In this document: positions 43,635-53,376 of the stretch, one piece after another
How the letters are laid out: each line of letters opens with the position of its first letter
Position numbering within the stretch: position 1 is the first letter of the stretch
Assembly: GCA_019358915.1 (NCBI GenBank)
Contig: JAHHIM010000004.1
Span: 115,920 to 179,919 of the forward strand
Length of the DNA: 64,000 bases
Direction of reading: 5' to 3'
Source: Trichormus sp. ATA11-4-KO1
GTDB lineage: Bacteria > Cyanobacteriota > Cyanobacteriia > Cyanobacteriales > Nostocaceae
Position numbers and translations under genes: made by a program
The notes under the pieces: generated by a model
What the model saw: the letters and a program-made list of their open reading frames with translations, nothing else
What the model was told of the DNA's origin: nothing
The model's database searches: none

Positions 43635-45143
43635 ATGTTAATTAATGCTGAACTCCTACTGCAATATCAACGCTGTAAACGCCGACCTGTTTTAGATACT
43701 CACGGCGACAAACATCAGCGTAATGAGCCTAACGAGTTGTTACTCAAACTGCAACAAGATAAAATCGCTTATCGTCGGAGTATTTTGGCAGATTTGGCTT
43801 ATCACAAACCAGATTACCCACGGGGTAACTGGGAATTAGGGCAAGCAGCAACTTTAGAATTAATGCAGCGTGGGGTTGAGTACATTTATCAAGGAGTGCT
43901 GTTAGGTAATTACAACGAGTTAACGGATGCAACTAATGAAGAGATTTCCTCATCTCCTCAATATGCAGCATACACCCTTCTTAGCCGTCCCGATTTACTC
44001 GTAAAACAGCCAGGACAATCTTGCTTTGGCGATTGGATATATGTGCCGGCGAATATAGAACTAGGTAAGCGTCCCAAGCAAGAATATCAAGTTGTCACTG
44101 CCTTTCATTCTCAGGTATTGGCTACTGTGCAGAAAGTAACGCCGGAAATAGCGTGGTTGATATTGCGTACCAAAGATAGAGATTATGCAGTGGATCTATG
44201 CAAATGGATACCACAGATGCAGCGCGTTTTGCTGGAGTTTATCCAAGCTTTAGAATTGCCAGAACCGCCAGAAGTGTTTATTTCCCGTCAAAAGTGCAAT
44301 CTTTGTCATTGGTATAGTCAATGTTATGCGATCGCTCAATCGCAAAAACACCTTTCCTTATTACCAGGAGTCACGCCTGTTCGCTACAACCAACTCCAAG
44401 CTTTGTCTATCAATACCCTAGAATCTCTTGCTAATACCAGTCCTATTGTCCTAGAAAATCTCCCTGGCTTTGACAGCGCAGTTGCACCTAAATTGATAGT
44501 TCAAGCTCAATCTGTACTAGAAAAACGACCCTTTATTTTACCTAGTTCGCTACCAAAAGAACATATTACATTTACGGCTCCTGTAGAGCTATATTTTGAC
44601 ATTGAAGCACAGCCAGACATGGATTTAGATTATCTTTTGGGGGTTTTAGTAGTTGACAAGCAAGCCAACACCGAACAGTTTTATTCCTTTCTCGCTGAAC
44701 AACCAGAGGAAGAAGAATTAATTTGGCAACAATTTCTGGATTTGGTTGGCCAATATCCCGAAGCGCCAATTTATCATTTTTGTGTCTACGAATTTGATAC
44801 AGTCAAACGCCTAGGGAAACTTTACCGTACTCCTCATTCCGTATTACGTCCCGTACTAAATCGGCTTGTCGATGTATATGAACAATTAACTCAAAGCGTC
44901 GCTTTACCTATAGAAAGTTATGCCCTAAAAGCGATCGCTCGTTGGTTGGGATTTGAGTGGCGCGAAAAAGAAGCCAGTGGCGCTAAGTGTATTTACTGGT
45001 ATGACCAATGGTTAGAAACAGGCGATCGCACTTTGCTGGAAATTATTCAAAGCTATAACGAAGATGATTGCCGTGCTACGCGTAATGTTAAAGATTGGTT
45101 GGTCAATTTTGTTCAAGATGAGTATAGTTGGCGACTTGTTTAA
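43635..45143 (+). CDS. TM0106 family RecB-like nuclease with C-terminal RNase H-like domain
   Basis: RPDLLVK, CNLCHWYSQC, YFDIE, SYALKAIA, YNEDDC. Confidence 0.85.
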   Translation: MLINAELLLQYQRCKRRPVLDTHGDKHQRNEPNELLLKLQQDKIAYRRSILADLAYHKPDYPRGNWELGQAATLELMQRGVEYIYQGVLLGNYNELTDATNEEISSSPQYAAYTLLSRPDLLVKQPGQSCFGDWIYVPANIELGKRPKQEYQVVTAFHSQVLATVQKVTPEIAWLILRTKDRDYAVDLCKWIPQMQRVLLEFIQALELPEPPEVFISRQKCNLCHWYSQCYAIAQSQKHLSLLPGVTPVRYNQLQALSINTLESLANTSPIVLENLPGFDSAVAPKLIVQAQSVLEKRPFILPSSLPKEHITFTAPVELYFDIEAQPDMDLDYLLGVLVVDKQANTEQFYSFLAEQPEEEELIWQQFLDLVGQYPEAPIYHFCVYEFDTVKRLGKLYRTPHSVLRPVLNRLVDVYEQLTQSVALPIESYALKAIARWLGFEWREKEASGAKCIYWYDQWLETGDRTLLEIIQSYNEDDCRATRNVKDWLVNFVQDEYSWRLV

Positions 45144-45153
45144 CTAGCAGTAC

Positions 45154-45198
45154 AATACATTCTTTGATATTGCTTAAATAGAGGCGATTATCCCTCAT
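45154..45198 (-). pseudogene. 5' remnant of a HEPN/DUF86 (HepT-like) toxin gene
   Basis: ATG overlaps the MNT stop (ATGA); MRDNRLYLSNIKECI is a DUF86-type N-terminus, after which similarity is lost. Confidence 0.75.
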
Positions 45199-45488
45199 AA
45201 AAAAACTGCTTCCTGTAAAACTCTTTCGCGAATGACTTCATGTAAATTTTCTGGTTCAGCGATATCTACCTTGCGTCCTAGCAACTTTTCCAATGATTGC
45301 ATCAAAGCAATTTGGTCTAATAAAGTTCGTTGGGGTTCAAGTTCTACCACCAGAAAATCTACATCACTATCTAGTCTTGCTTCACCTCTCGCTACGGAAC
45401 CAAAAATACGCACATTATATGCTCCATGCTCGGCAGCAATTCTCAGGATTTCTCCACGATAAGCTGTGAGTATCTCATCAATTCCCAT
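45195..45488 (-). CDS. Minimal nucleotidyltransferase (MNT/MntA-type antitoxin)
   Basis: IFGSVARGEARLDSDVDFLV (GSx10DxD), LLGRKVDI. Confidence 0.9.
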   Translation of the reverse strand: MGIDEILTAYRGEILRIAAEHGAYNVRIFGSVARGEARLDSDVDFLVVELEPQRTLLDQIALMQSLEKLLGRKVDIAEPENLHEVIRERVLQEAVFL

Positions 45489-45648
45489 AACCTAACTCCT
45501 GAAGCTTGAGGTGAATTTTCACATCTAGCTTTGCCTTTTCAGCAAACTGCATTTCTACCTGTAGTAGATTGTGACATTTTTTGTTTAGAAATAAAAATTA
45601 ATATAGCCTATAGAAACTTAACCAGCTAGCTAAATCAGGAGAGGACAG

Positions 45649-46986
45649 ATGAAAAGTCCCCGTATTGTTATTGTTGGCGCTGGATTTGGTGGATTGCAAG
45701 CTGCCCAATCTTTAGTTAATTCTGGAGCAGATATAGTTTTAATTGATCGTCATAACTATCATACCTTTATCCCTCTGCTGTATCAGATAGCCACAAGTCA
45801 ATTAGAACCAGAATATATTGCCTATCCCATCCGCACAATTCTGCGGCGATTCTCAGCGAAACGGCACACCCACAAGTCCAAAGTTAGGTTTTGCATGGCG
45901 GAAGTGCAGCGAGTTGATTTTTCAGCACAGATTGTAGAAACAAATCGTTCAGCGATCGCCTATGATTTTTTAGTATTAGCAACTGGTTGCCAAACCCAAT
46001 TTTTGGGAGTTTCTGGAGCATCAGAACATGCTTTTGCTCTGAAAACTTTAGCAGAAGCAATAACATTACGCCATCAAATTCTGTCTTGTCTGGAACGAGC
46101 TAGCCAGGAATCTAATCCCTTGCGGCGCGAACAACTGCTGACATTTATCATTGTCGGCGGTGGGCCAACCGGTGTGGAAATGGCTGGGGCCTTAGTGGAA
46201 ATGCTGCAAAGTAAGTTGCGTCAAGATTATCCCAGTTTAAATTTAGAGCAAGTGAGACTGATTTTGGTGCAATCAGGCGATCGCTTGTTGGCTAATCTTC
46301 CCAAAAAGTTAGGAGTTTACACTTATAAAAGATTACGTCAGCTAGGAGTGAAAATTTACCTAGAAACAAAAGTCAGCCAAGTCACACAAGGATCTGTGCA
46401 TCTGGAAAACCATGAGGTGATTCCCGCCGCCACCGTTATCTGGACTGCGGGTTTAGAAGCTAACCCCCCTCAAACATCTGAGGACTTATCCACCGCCAAG
46501 AAAGGAAAATTATTAGTTCATCCCACCTTACAACTACTAGAGCAACCCAATGTCTATGCTATTGGGGATTTAGCCTACGTGGAGCAAAACGGTAAACCAT
46601 TAACTGGGGTTGCACCAGAAGCATTACAAGAAGGTGTTGCTGTAGCAAGAAATATTCAGCGACAGCTGCAAGGTAAATCGCCAAAACCCTTTAAATATTT
46701 CAACAAAGGCAGATTAGCGATTATTGGCTGCTATTCTGGTGTGGGCAAAATTGGCGGATTGGCATTTACAGGCTTTTTAGCTTGGCTGATGTGGTTAGGA
46801 GTTCACTTAGTATATCTTCCTGGATACCGCAATCGCTTGCTAGTGTTACTCACTTGGCTTTATACATATTTAATGGGCGATCGCGCTGTGCGCTTGATTA
46901 TTTCCGGTAAAAATGTTAAAGCTCAAAACTATCAAGCCTTGCCACAAGATAAGTTAGATTTTTTTCAAGAGTCACAATCAAAGTAG
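45649..46986 (+). CDS. NAD(P)/FAD-dependent oxidoreductase, type II NADH dehydrogenase family
   Basis: GAGFGG, HTFIPLLYQ, VGGGPTGVE, YAIGD, AWLMWLGVHL. Confidence 0.9.
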   Translation: MKSPRIVIVGAGFGGLQAAQSLVNSGADIVLIDRHNYHTFIPLLYQIATSQLEPEYIAYPIRTILRRFSAKRHTHKSKVRFCMAEVQRVDFSAQIVETNRSAIAYDFLVLATGCQTQFLGVSGASEHAFALKTLAEAITLRHQILSCLERASQESNPLRREQLLTFIIVGGGPTGVEMAGALVEMLQSKLRQDYPSLNLEQVRLILVQSGDRLLANLPKKLGVYTYKRLRQLGVKIYLETKVSQVTQGSVHLENHEVIPAATVIWTAGLEANPPQTSEDLSTAKKGKLLVHPTLQLLEQPNVYAIGDLAYVEQNGKPLTGVAPEALQEGVAVARNIQRQLQGKSPKPFKYFNKGRLAIIGCYSGVGKIGGLAFTGFLAWLMWLGVHLVYLPGYRNRLLVLLTWLYTYLMGDRAVRLIISGKNVKAQNYQALPQDKLDFFQESQSK

Positions 46987-47011
46987 CCGTAAAATAGCTG
47001 GAGTTAAGGTA

Positions 47012-47551
47012 ATGAATGAAAATAGAACTTATATTAGTCTCAAATCACAGGATATTGCGATCGCTTATTTATTGTTGCGAATTCTCATTGGTGTAAATTA
47101 CTTTAATCATGGATTGACTCGCATCTTCGACATCCCAGGATTTGCTGAAGGGATAGTTAAGCAACTAGAAGATTCTTATTTTCCAGAATTTCTCGTCAGA
47201 ATTAATTCCTACCTTGTTCCTCCTGTGGAATTAATTGTGGGTTTGTTAATTACAATAGGGTTAGCAACTCGCAGCGCCCTCATCGCCACATTTATCTTGA
47301 TGATTATCTTGAAGATGGGTGTGACCTCAGTCCAAAACTGGGCTGCGGCTACTTCCATGCTCAGTTATGCGATCGTACTATTTATTTTGCTTGCTGGACA
47401 CGGCTTCAATATTTACTCCCTCGATCACTGGAGAAAAAAGAAACAAACCAGTGTAGACTCTACAATGCCTAATCAACAGAGTACAAATAACTTTTTTGCC
47501 CTCAAATTCGGCAAAAAACGTCGGCGGCAAAATCGTCCTTACCTAAACTAA
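47012..47551 (+). CDS. DoxX family membrane protein
   Basis: LLRILIGVNYFNHG, ELIVG..I..GLATR, YSLD; four TM helices. Confidence 0.85.
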   Translation: MNENRTYISLKSQDIAIAYLLLRILIGVNYFNHGLTRIFDIPGFAEGIVKQLEDSYFPEFLVRINSYLVPPVELIVGLLITIGLATRSALIATFILMIILKMGVTSVQNWAAATSMLSYAIVLFILLAGHGFNIYSLDHWRKKKQTSVDSTMPNQQSTNNFFALKFGKKRRRQNRPYLN

Positions 47552-47577
47552 CTTGAGATACAGATATCACTGAGTCT

Positions 47578-47632
47578 TCTTAGTGTCTTTGTGGTGAATA
47601 CAATTCATTTTTGTACCACAAAGATACTAAGA
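47578..47632. repeat. 18-bp inverted repeat (hairpin; possible terminator or RNA stability element)
   Basis: TCTTAGTGTCTTTGTGGT / ACCACAAAGATACTAAGA, one G-U pair. Confidence 0.7.
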
Positions 47633-47662
47633 CAGTAAGTAATTATAATTCACATTTTCTTC

Positions 47663-48859
47663 ATGAAGTTAATTAGAAAAATTTTAATCTTTCCCCGAAT
47701 TTTTTACTTTACTATTGCAATTATAATTATTAGCATCTTATTCATAAATTTACCTATAAATTTACCTAGCAGCGCTTTTGAAATCAGTGGCATAGAGTTT
47801 ATTGGAGAAGCCACTTTACCCAAAAGATTAACTTTTCAAAAAACTGAAGTTGGTGGTTTATCCGGAATCACTTATGATGTTAAAAATGATATTTATTATG
47901 CTGTTTCTGATGACCGTGGTCAAAAAGCTCCCGCTCGCTTCTACACTTTAAAAATTGACTTGAGCAAAGGTTCACTACAAAATAACGGCGTTGTCCCTAT
48001 AGGTGTAACTACTCTCTTAAATCAAGATAATCAAATATTTCCAGCTAGTGAAATTGATACAGAAGGTATTGCATTAACTAATAAAGAAACCGTCTTTATT
48101 TCTTCTGAAGGGGATTTTAGGCAATTAATTAATCCTTTTATCAACGAATTCTCTCTATCTTCTGGTAGGGTACTAACAACATTGCCCATACCTGAGAAGT
48201 TTTTGCCTGATAAAAGTGGTCAGCAGGGTATCCGCAACAATTTGGCTTTTGAAAGCCTGACCATCACACCCGATAATCAACGTTTGTTCACAGCCACCGA
48301 AAATGCTTTAATTCAAGATGGGCCAGCAGCTAAACCCAATCTTGGTAGTCCTTGCCGGATTTTGCAATACAACTTAGTTACTAATCAACCAGAAAAGGAA
48401 TTTCTCTACCAAACTGAACCAGTTTCACAAATTCTTAATTTGACTGGTAGATTTGCTAGTGGATTACCCGATTTACTAGCTCTAGATAATCAAGGTCATT
48501 TTCTGAGTATAGAGCGGTCTTTTACTGGTTTAGGATTTGCTGTCTCTTTGTTTCAGGTTTCCTTAGCAGGTGCTGATGAGATTCAGAATATCGACAATCT
48601 TTTAGCAATTGATTCGCAGAAAATCAAACCTGTAGAGAAAAAATTATTATTGGATTTAAGAACCCTAAATGTATTGTTAGACAATATCGAAGGTTTAACC
48701 CTTGGCCCTTGGCTACCTGATGGACAGCGCTCATTAATTCTTGTCAGTGACAATAACTTTAATTCATTACAACGTACCCAAATTCTAGCTTTTAAACTTA
48801 AAATCGAATCACCAATCATCAGATTAATCCGCCGTTTAATTCCTGCTTTTGGGCGCTAA
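47663..48859 (+). CDS. Exported 'esterase-like activity of phytase' family beta-propeller protein
   Basis: Signal/TM helix, GGLSGI, VSDDRG, DTEGI, RNNLAFESL, DNIEG, VSDNNF. Confidence 0.85.
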   Translation: MKLIRKILIFPRIFYFTIAIIIISILFINLPINLPSSAFEISGIEFIGEATLPKRLTFQKTEVGGLSGITYDVKNDIYYAVSDDRGQKAPARFYTLKIDLSKGSLQNNGVVPIGVTTLLNQDNQIFPASEIDTEGIALTNKETVFISSEGDFRQLINPFINEFSLSSGRVLTTLPIPEKFLPDKSGQQGIRNNLAFESLTITPDNQRLFTATENALIQDGPAAKPNLGSPCRILQYNLVTNQPEKEFLYQTEPVSQILNLTGRFASGLPDLLALDNQGHFLSIERSFTGLGFAVSLFQVSLAGADEIQNIDNLLAIDSQKIKPVEKKLLLDLRTLNVLLDNIEGLTLGPWLPDGQRSLILVSDNNFNSLQRTQILAFKLKIESPIIRLIRRLIPAFGR

Positions 48860-49247
48860 ATCCTGTTAACTAATAGTCATTAGTTGTCTATTTCGATCAT
48901 GGGGTAAAGGTAATTACTCTTATATGGCTCTTAAATTATTACTGCTTGATTACCGTGGATTCACTGTTGTTAACATGTAAGTTAATCTAGCCTTTTTATG
49001 GGTTCAGTGAATTTTCTCATATGCTTTGCTTAATTAATATGTTACAAAAATATTAAGAGTTTTTGTAGCAAGCTAAGGCAAAATTCTATCAGCAGTTATT
49101 TTTTTTGCGTTTATAATCTTTAACTTATACAATTAAATCTCTAAATTTGCTGAAATATTGGTTAGCTGCAATTAAGAAGTAACAATCGTTATTCGTATAC
49201 CTTACATTAGTTTTAATAAATTATTTTATAGCGTAAAATTTCCAAAT

Positions 49248-50843
49248 ATGCTAAAGCCCAAAACCGAAGTAGATGTTTATCTTGGAAAAATTTTAAACAA
49301 TCGCTATTTAATAAGGGATTTGATTGGTAAAGGGGGAATGGGTAGAGTTTATCTGGCAGAAGATGCAGCTAAAGGCGGTATGTCAGTTGCTGTAAAAATT
49401 TTAATGTTGAGTCTGGGAAGTCAGCAAATATCCCAACGCTTTGCTAGAGAAATTTTTATTGGCGCTCAACTTGGCCGTAAAAGTAAAAATATTGTTCGTG
49501 TTTTGAGTTATGGCGTTACAGATGACGAAACTCCCTTTTATGTTATGGAATATCTGCAAGGGAAAAACTTAAAAAAAATTCTTAAAGTTCAGCCATTAAC
49601 AACATCAAAATTTTTGGATATTTGTCATCAAATTTGTTTAGGTTTACAGTGCGCCCACCAAGGTATTAGCCTCAAAGGCGAGATTTATCCTATTGTACAT
49701 CGAGATATTAAACCAGAAAATATCTTTATTACTGAAGATGCCAAACAAGGCGAAATTGTGCGGATTCTTGATTTTGGCATCGCCAAGTTTTTAACTGAAC
49801 GTAGTGGGATGACACTCACTGATTCTTTTATCGGTAGTTTACCTTATTGTTCTCCAGAGCATATGGAAGGACGCAAATTACTAGATGTACGTTCTGATAT
49901 TTACAGTTTGGGAGTCCTGATGTTTGAAATGTTGACAGGTAAACATCCATTTCAGACACAAAGTAACTCCTTTGGTAGTTGGTATCAAGCTCATCGCTTT
50001 CAAACACCACCAGCATTTGAAGAAATAAATTCACAGGTAAAAATACCGCCCCAATTACAAAAATTGGTGATGAGTTGTTTAGCGAAAGAAGTTAGCGATC
50101 GCCCTCAAAATATTAGCCAAATACTAGCAAGTTTAGAGCAGATTAAATTACAACTTGATAGTAATTCAACTATCAACAGTGATATCCAGCAAAGTTTATC
50201 TCCGGTGCAATTAGTACCTGTAACTTCAGCATCAGAAAAAGAATGCTTACAGAAAAATTGGCCGAAAAATAAACCAATTGCCCCCATTGGTTTTCCCTAT
50301 TTATTACATAGTAGCCAGGGGATAATTCCCACTTTCTGGGCAATGTTACCCCAACAAGAAATTGCCAAATTTTTAGATAAAAACCATAGCACTGAATTTA
50401 TTGCCAAAATCAATATATATCCCATGTTAATGTGGGTAACAGTGCTATATGATGCCCAGCTTTCTCTCACTCGTTGGTTATCTTATTTTCTAGACATGAA
50501 AGATAATCGAGGACAAAAAATAGTTCGCCTTTTAGCTGATACAGGCTACTACCATCTATTATTTTTTGCTCTGGAAGAACCAACCCGTTGTACCCATGTT
50601 ATGACCTTAACTCTAACTGCTAGTCAGCGCCAGCAACTTGCAGATTGGTTAATGTTAAATCAAAACTCTCATGAATTGATTTCTGCCAGCCAAGCCAAAA
50701 CTCTTCTAAAATCAGAGTACGAAAAATTGAAATTGGAAATACTGCAAAAATTGTCAGTTAATTCCCAAAGCGAAAAAATTGATTTTAAAACTTGGGTGGC
50801 GAAATTGTTTGATAAATTTTTACAAATTTTAGTTCGTTATTAA
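49248..50843 (+). CDS. Ser/Thr protein kinase (SpkA-like) with conserved C-terminal domain
   Basis: IGKGGMG, VAVK, HRDIKPEN, DFGIAK, SPE; C-terminal WP..KPI..I.FP domain shared with the next gene. Confidence 0.92.
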   Translation: MLKPKTEVDVYLGKILNNRYLIRDLIGKGGMGRVYLAEDAAKGGMSVAVKILMLSLGSQQISQRFAREIFIGAQLGRKSKNIVRVLSYGVTDDETPFYVMEYLQGKNLKKILKVQPLTTSKFLDICHQICLGLQCAHQGISLKGEIYPIVHRDIKPENIFITEDAKQGEIVRILDFGIAKFLTERSGMTLTDSFIGSLPYCSPEHMEGRKLLDVRSDIYSLGVLMFEMLTGKHPFQTQSNSFGSWYQAHRFQTPPAFEEINSQVKIPPQLQKLVMSCLAKEVSDRPQNISQILASLEQIKLQLDSNSTINSDIQQSLSPVQLVPVTSASEKECLQKNWPKNKPIAPIGFPYLLHSSQGIIPTFWAMLPQQEIAKFLDKNHSTEFIAKINIYPMLMWVTVLYDAQLSLTRWLSYFLDMKDNRGQKIVRLLADTGYYHLLFFALEEPTRCTHVMTLTLTASQRQQLADWLMLNQNSHELISASQAKTLLKSEYEKLKLEILQKLSVNSQSEKIDFKTWVAKLFDKFLQILVRY

Positions 50844-50902
50844 ATTTAATTCATAGTAATTAATAACATAGATAATATTGATTTATATAATTTTGAATTG
50901 CG

Positions 50903-52459
50903 GTGACAATAGAGGTTGTAAAAGTGAATCAAAGCGCATTTGCTTCTCCACACAATACAGGCTTGCTTGCCAAACGTTATCAACTTAAGCGGGTAATTGG
51001 TAGGGGTGGTATGGGTGAAGTTTTTTTAGCTGATGATATCTTGTTAGGGGGAATACCAGTTGCCGTTAAATTTCTTTCTCAAACTGTTTCCAGTAGCAAG
51101 ATGAAACAGGACTTTGCCCGTGAAGCTTTGATGAGTGCAGCCTTGAGTCAAAAAAGTCTACATATCGTGCGGGCGCATGATTATGGTGTTAGTGAAGCGG
51201 GCAAACCTTTCTATGTCATGGAATATCTTAATGGCAAAAGTTTAAAAGATTTAATTCCCATGCCTTTGCCTAAGTTTGTCAACCTTGCACGTCAGATTTG
51301 TTTGGGCTTACAATGCGCTCATCAAGGTATTAATATTGACGGCAAAATTTATCCTTTGGTTCATAGAGATATTAAACCCGCTAATATATTAGTTGTGCCT
51401 GATCCGATATTGGGTCAGTTAGTAAAAATTTTAGATTTTGGGATAGCTAAATTTTTAAACTATGCCGCTACAATCAGCACAAGTAAAGGATTTAATGGGA
51501 CTTTGCCCTACTCTTCTCCTGAACAGCTAGAAGGGGGAGAATTAGATAGTCGCTCTGATATTTATAGCCTGGGTGTGATGATGTTTGAAATGCTGACAGG
51601 TGCTAAACCCTGGAAGCCAGAAACTGATTTGTTTGGTGCTTGGTATAAAGCACATCACTTTGAACAACCCAGAGCGATCGCCGATGTTAAGCCCCAACTC
51701 AAATTACCCCAGCAGCTCAATGATTTAATCATGGCTTGTCTTGCCAAAAAACCAAGCGATCGCCCCCAAAATATGACGGCAATATTGCAAGTCTTGAACA
51801 GTGTAGAAAAGTCTATTTGTCCTAGTTGGCCGACAACTTTACCCCCCAAATACACCCCTCATAATCAGCCTTTAGGTTCTGGTTTACCGTTAATCGTAGA
51901 AAAAAATTGTTGGCAACTTGCGTGGCCTCAAAGTAAACCTATTCAGGAAATTGTTTTTCCTCAGCTTTTAGACACAGCACAGGGAAGTATCAGTACACTA
52001 TGGCTGATGCTGCCTAAACAAGAAATCCAAAAACGTGCAGTTTCTCAACTTCGCAACCAGTTTATCTTTATCACATCTCCGCATCCGATGCTGCTGTGGG
52101 TAACAGTACTCTACAATCCAGAACTCGGCCCGAAGTGGTTACCCTGTTACCTGGATATGCAAAATTCCCAAAATCAACGACTGGTGCATTCATTGGCAGA
52201 ACGTGAACGCTACCCTTTGATTTGTTTTACCCTAGAAGCACCCCATGCTTGTATTAATGTTCTCAGTAGTCATATTGATTCTCATCAGCGACAAATGTTA
52301 AAAATCTGGACAGAACAAAGCAAAAATTTACCATCCTCGTCACAAGCTCATCTCAGCAAAAACCTCCTGAAGCAGCAGTATAAACAAATGCAATCCCGGC
52401 TGCTACAACAAATAAAATTAACACCCCAGGTTGTAGAATCAGCTAGTCTGATCCACTAG
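50903..52459 (+). CDS. Ser/Thr protein kinase (SpkA-like), paralogue of the upstream gene
   Basis: IGRGGMG, VAVKFL, HRDIKPAN, DFGIAK, SPEQ. Confidence 0.92.
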   Translation: MTIEVVKVNQSAFASPHNTGLLAKRYQLKRVIGRGGMGEVFLADDILLGGIPVAVKFLSQTVSSSKMKQDFAREALMSAALSQKSLHIVRAHDYGVSEAGKPFYVMEYLNGKSLKDLIPMPLPKFVNLARQICLGLQCAHQGINIDGKIYPLVHRDIKPANILVVPDPILGQLVKILDFGIAKFLNYAATISTSKGFNGTLPYSSPEQLEGGELDSRSDIYSLGVMMFEMLTGAKPWKPETDLFGAWYKAHHFEQPRAIADVKPQLKLPQQLNDLIMACLAKKPSDRPQNMTAILQVLNSVEKSICPSWPTTLPPKYTPHNQPLGSGLPLIVEKNCWQLAWPQSKPIQEIVFPQLLDTAQGSISTLWLMLPKQEIQKRAVSQLRNQFIFITSPHPMLLWVTVLYNPELGPKWLPCYLDMQNSQNQRLVHSLAERERYPLICFTLEAPHACINVLSSHIDSHQRQMLKIWTEQSKNLPSSSQAHLSKNLLKQQYKQMQSRLLQQIKLTPQVVESASLIH

Positions 52460-52536
52460 CAGGAGTTATGGGCTAAACTTCAATCTAAATCTGTTAGTTT
52501 AATTACTTCACTTTCAACAAGAGTAATTGATATAAA

Positions 52537-53112
52537 ATGCTTACTCGAACAACTTTGTTTCATTGGACTAATATATTTTTACTATCACTAACTCTTGGGT
52601 CTTCTTCTCCTGCTCAAGAAATAAGAACTAACAGTCAAGAAAAATTTATTACGATAGACAGCACCTCTGGAGTAGCAGAAATTGCTTTAGCACAACATCT
52701 ACAACAAACACATGCTAAACTTTACGGTGCTTACTGGTGCAGCCACTGCTATGAACAACTATATCTATTTGGTCAGCAAGCGTTGAGTCTAATTAACCGT
52801 ATTGAATGTGACCCTCAAGGGAAAAATTCCCAGCCTGAATTGTGTAAGGTAGCAAGAATCGAAGGTTATCCCACCTGGGAAATTAACGGTAATATTTATA
52901 CTGGGTTGCAATCCTTGGATAATCTAGCTGCCCTATCTGGGTACCAAGGGACTCGTAACTTCAAGAATTCTAAGCCAGCGAACATCCCTAGCCAGTACAG
53001 TCCCCTTCGCAGCACAATACCAGATAACAGTTTGTATGATACATGGAACAAACTTTTTCATAGTGCCGTGGAAGAGAATGGGAATAATCAATTGCAAAAA
53101 TTTAAATATTGA
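52537..53112 (+). CDS. Exported thioredoxin-like protein similar to the soluble domain of cyanobacterial VKOR fusions
   Basis: Signal-like N-terminus, YGAYWCSHC, IECDPQG..ELC, GYPTW. Confidence 0.8.
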   Translation: MLTRTTLFHWTNIFLLSLTLGSSSPAQEIRTNSQEKFITIDSTSGVAEIALAQHLQQTHAKLYGAYWCSHCYEQLYLFGQQALSLINRIECDPQGKNSQPELCKVARIEGYPTWEINGNIYTGLQSLDNLAALSGYQGTRNFKNSKPANIPSQYSPLRSTIPDNSLYDTWNKLFHSAVEENGNNQLQKFKY

Positions 53113-53113
53113 G

Positions 53114-53142
53114 TTGACAATTTCCTACAGGATAGGCATAAT
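53114..53142 (+). promoter_or_regulatory. Sigma70-type promoter of tRNA-Asp
   Basis: TTGACA-N17-CATAAT ending 18 nt before the tRNA. Confidence 0.75.
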
Positions 53143-53160
53143 AGAGAAGCTGCAAATTAA

Positions 53161-53234
53161 GGGACTGTAGTTCAATTGGTTAGAGCACCGCCCTGTCACG
53201 GCGGAAGTTGCGGGTTCGAGCCCCGTCAGTCCCG
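53161..53234 (+). tRNA. tRNA-Asp (anticodon GTC)
   Basis: GGGACTG/CAGTCCC acceptor stem, CCGCC-CTGTCAC-GGCGG anticodon arm, GGTTCGAG T-loop. Confidence 0.97.
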
Positions 53235-53376
53235 TTTAAAGTTTGAGTAGTAATTTTTCTAGCAGTCATGTATGTCTGACTAGGGATATTTGTGTATAGT
53301 CTTTAGTCCTTTAACTCAGGATTCAAGGCTTGATATAAGCTACATTGATCATGCTGCGTGAAAGAGAGAATTAACT

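Noticed and set aside
43635..45143. Cas4-like cysteine cluster suggesting a CRISPR locus
   Set aside because: The architecture fits the stand-alone TM0106 RecB-like family; no array or other cas genes nearby
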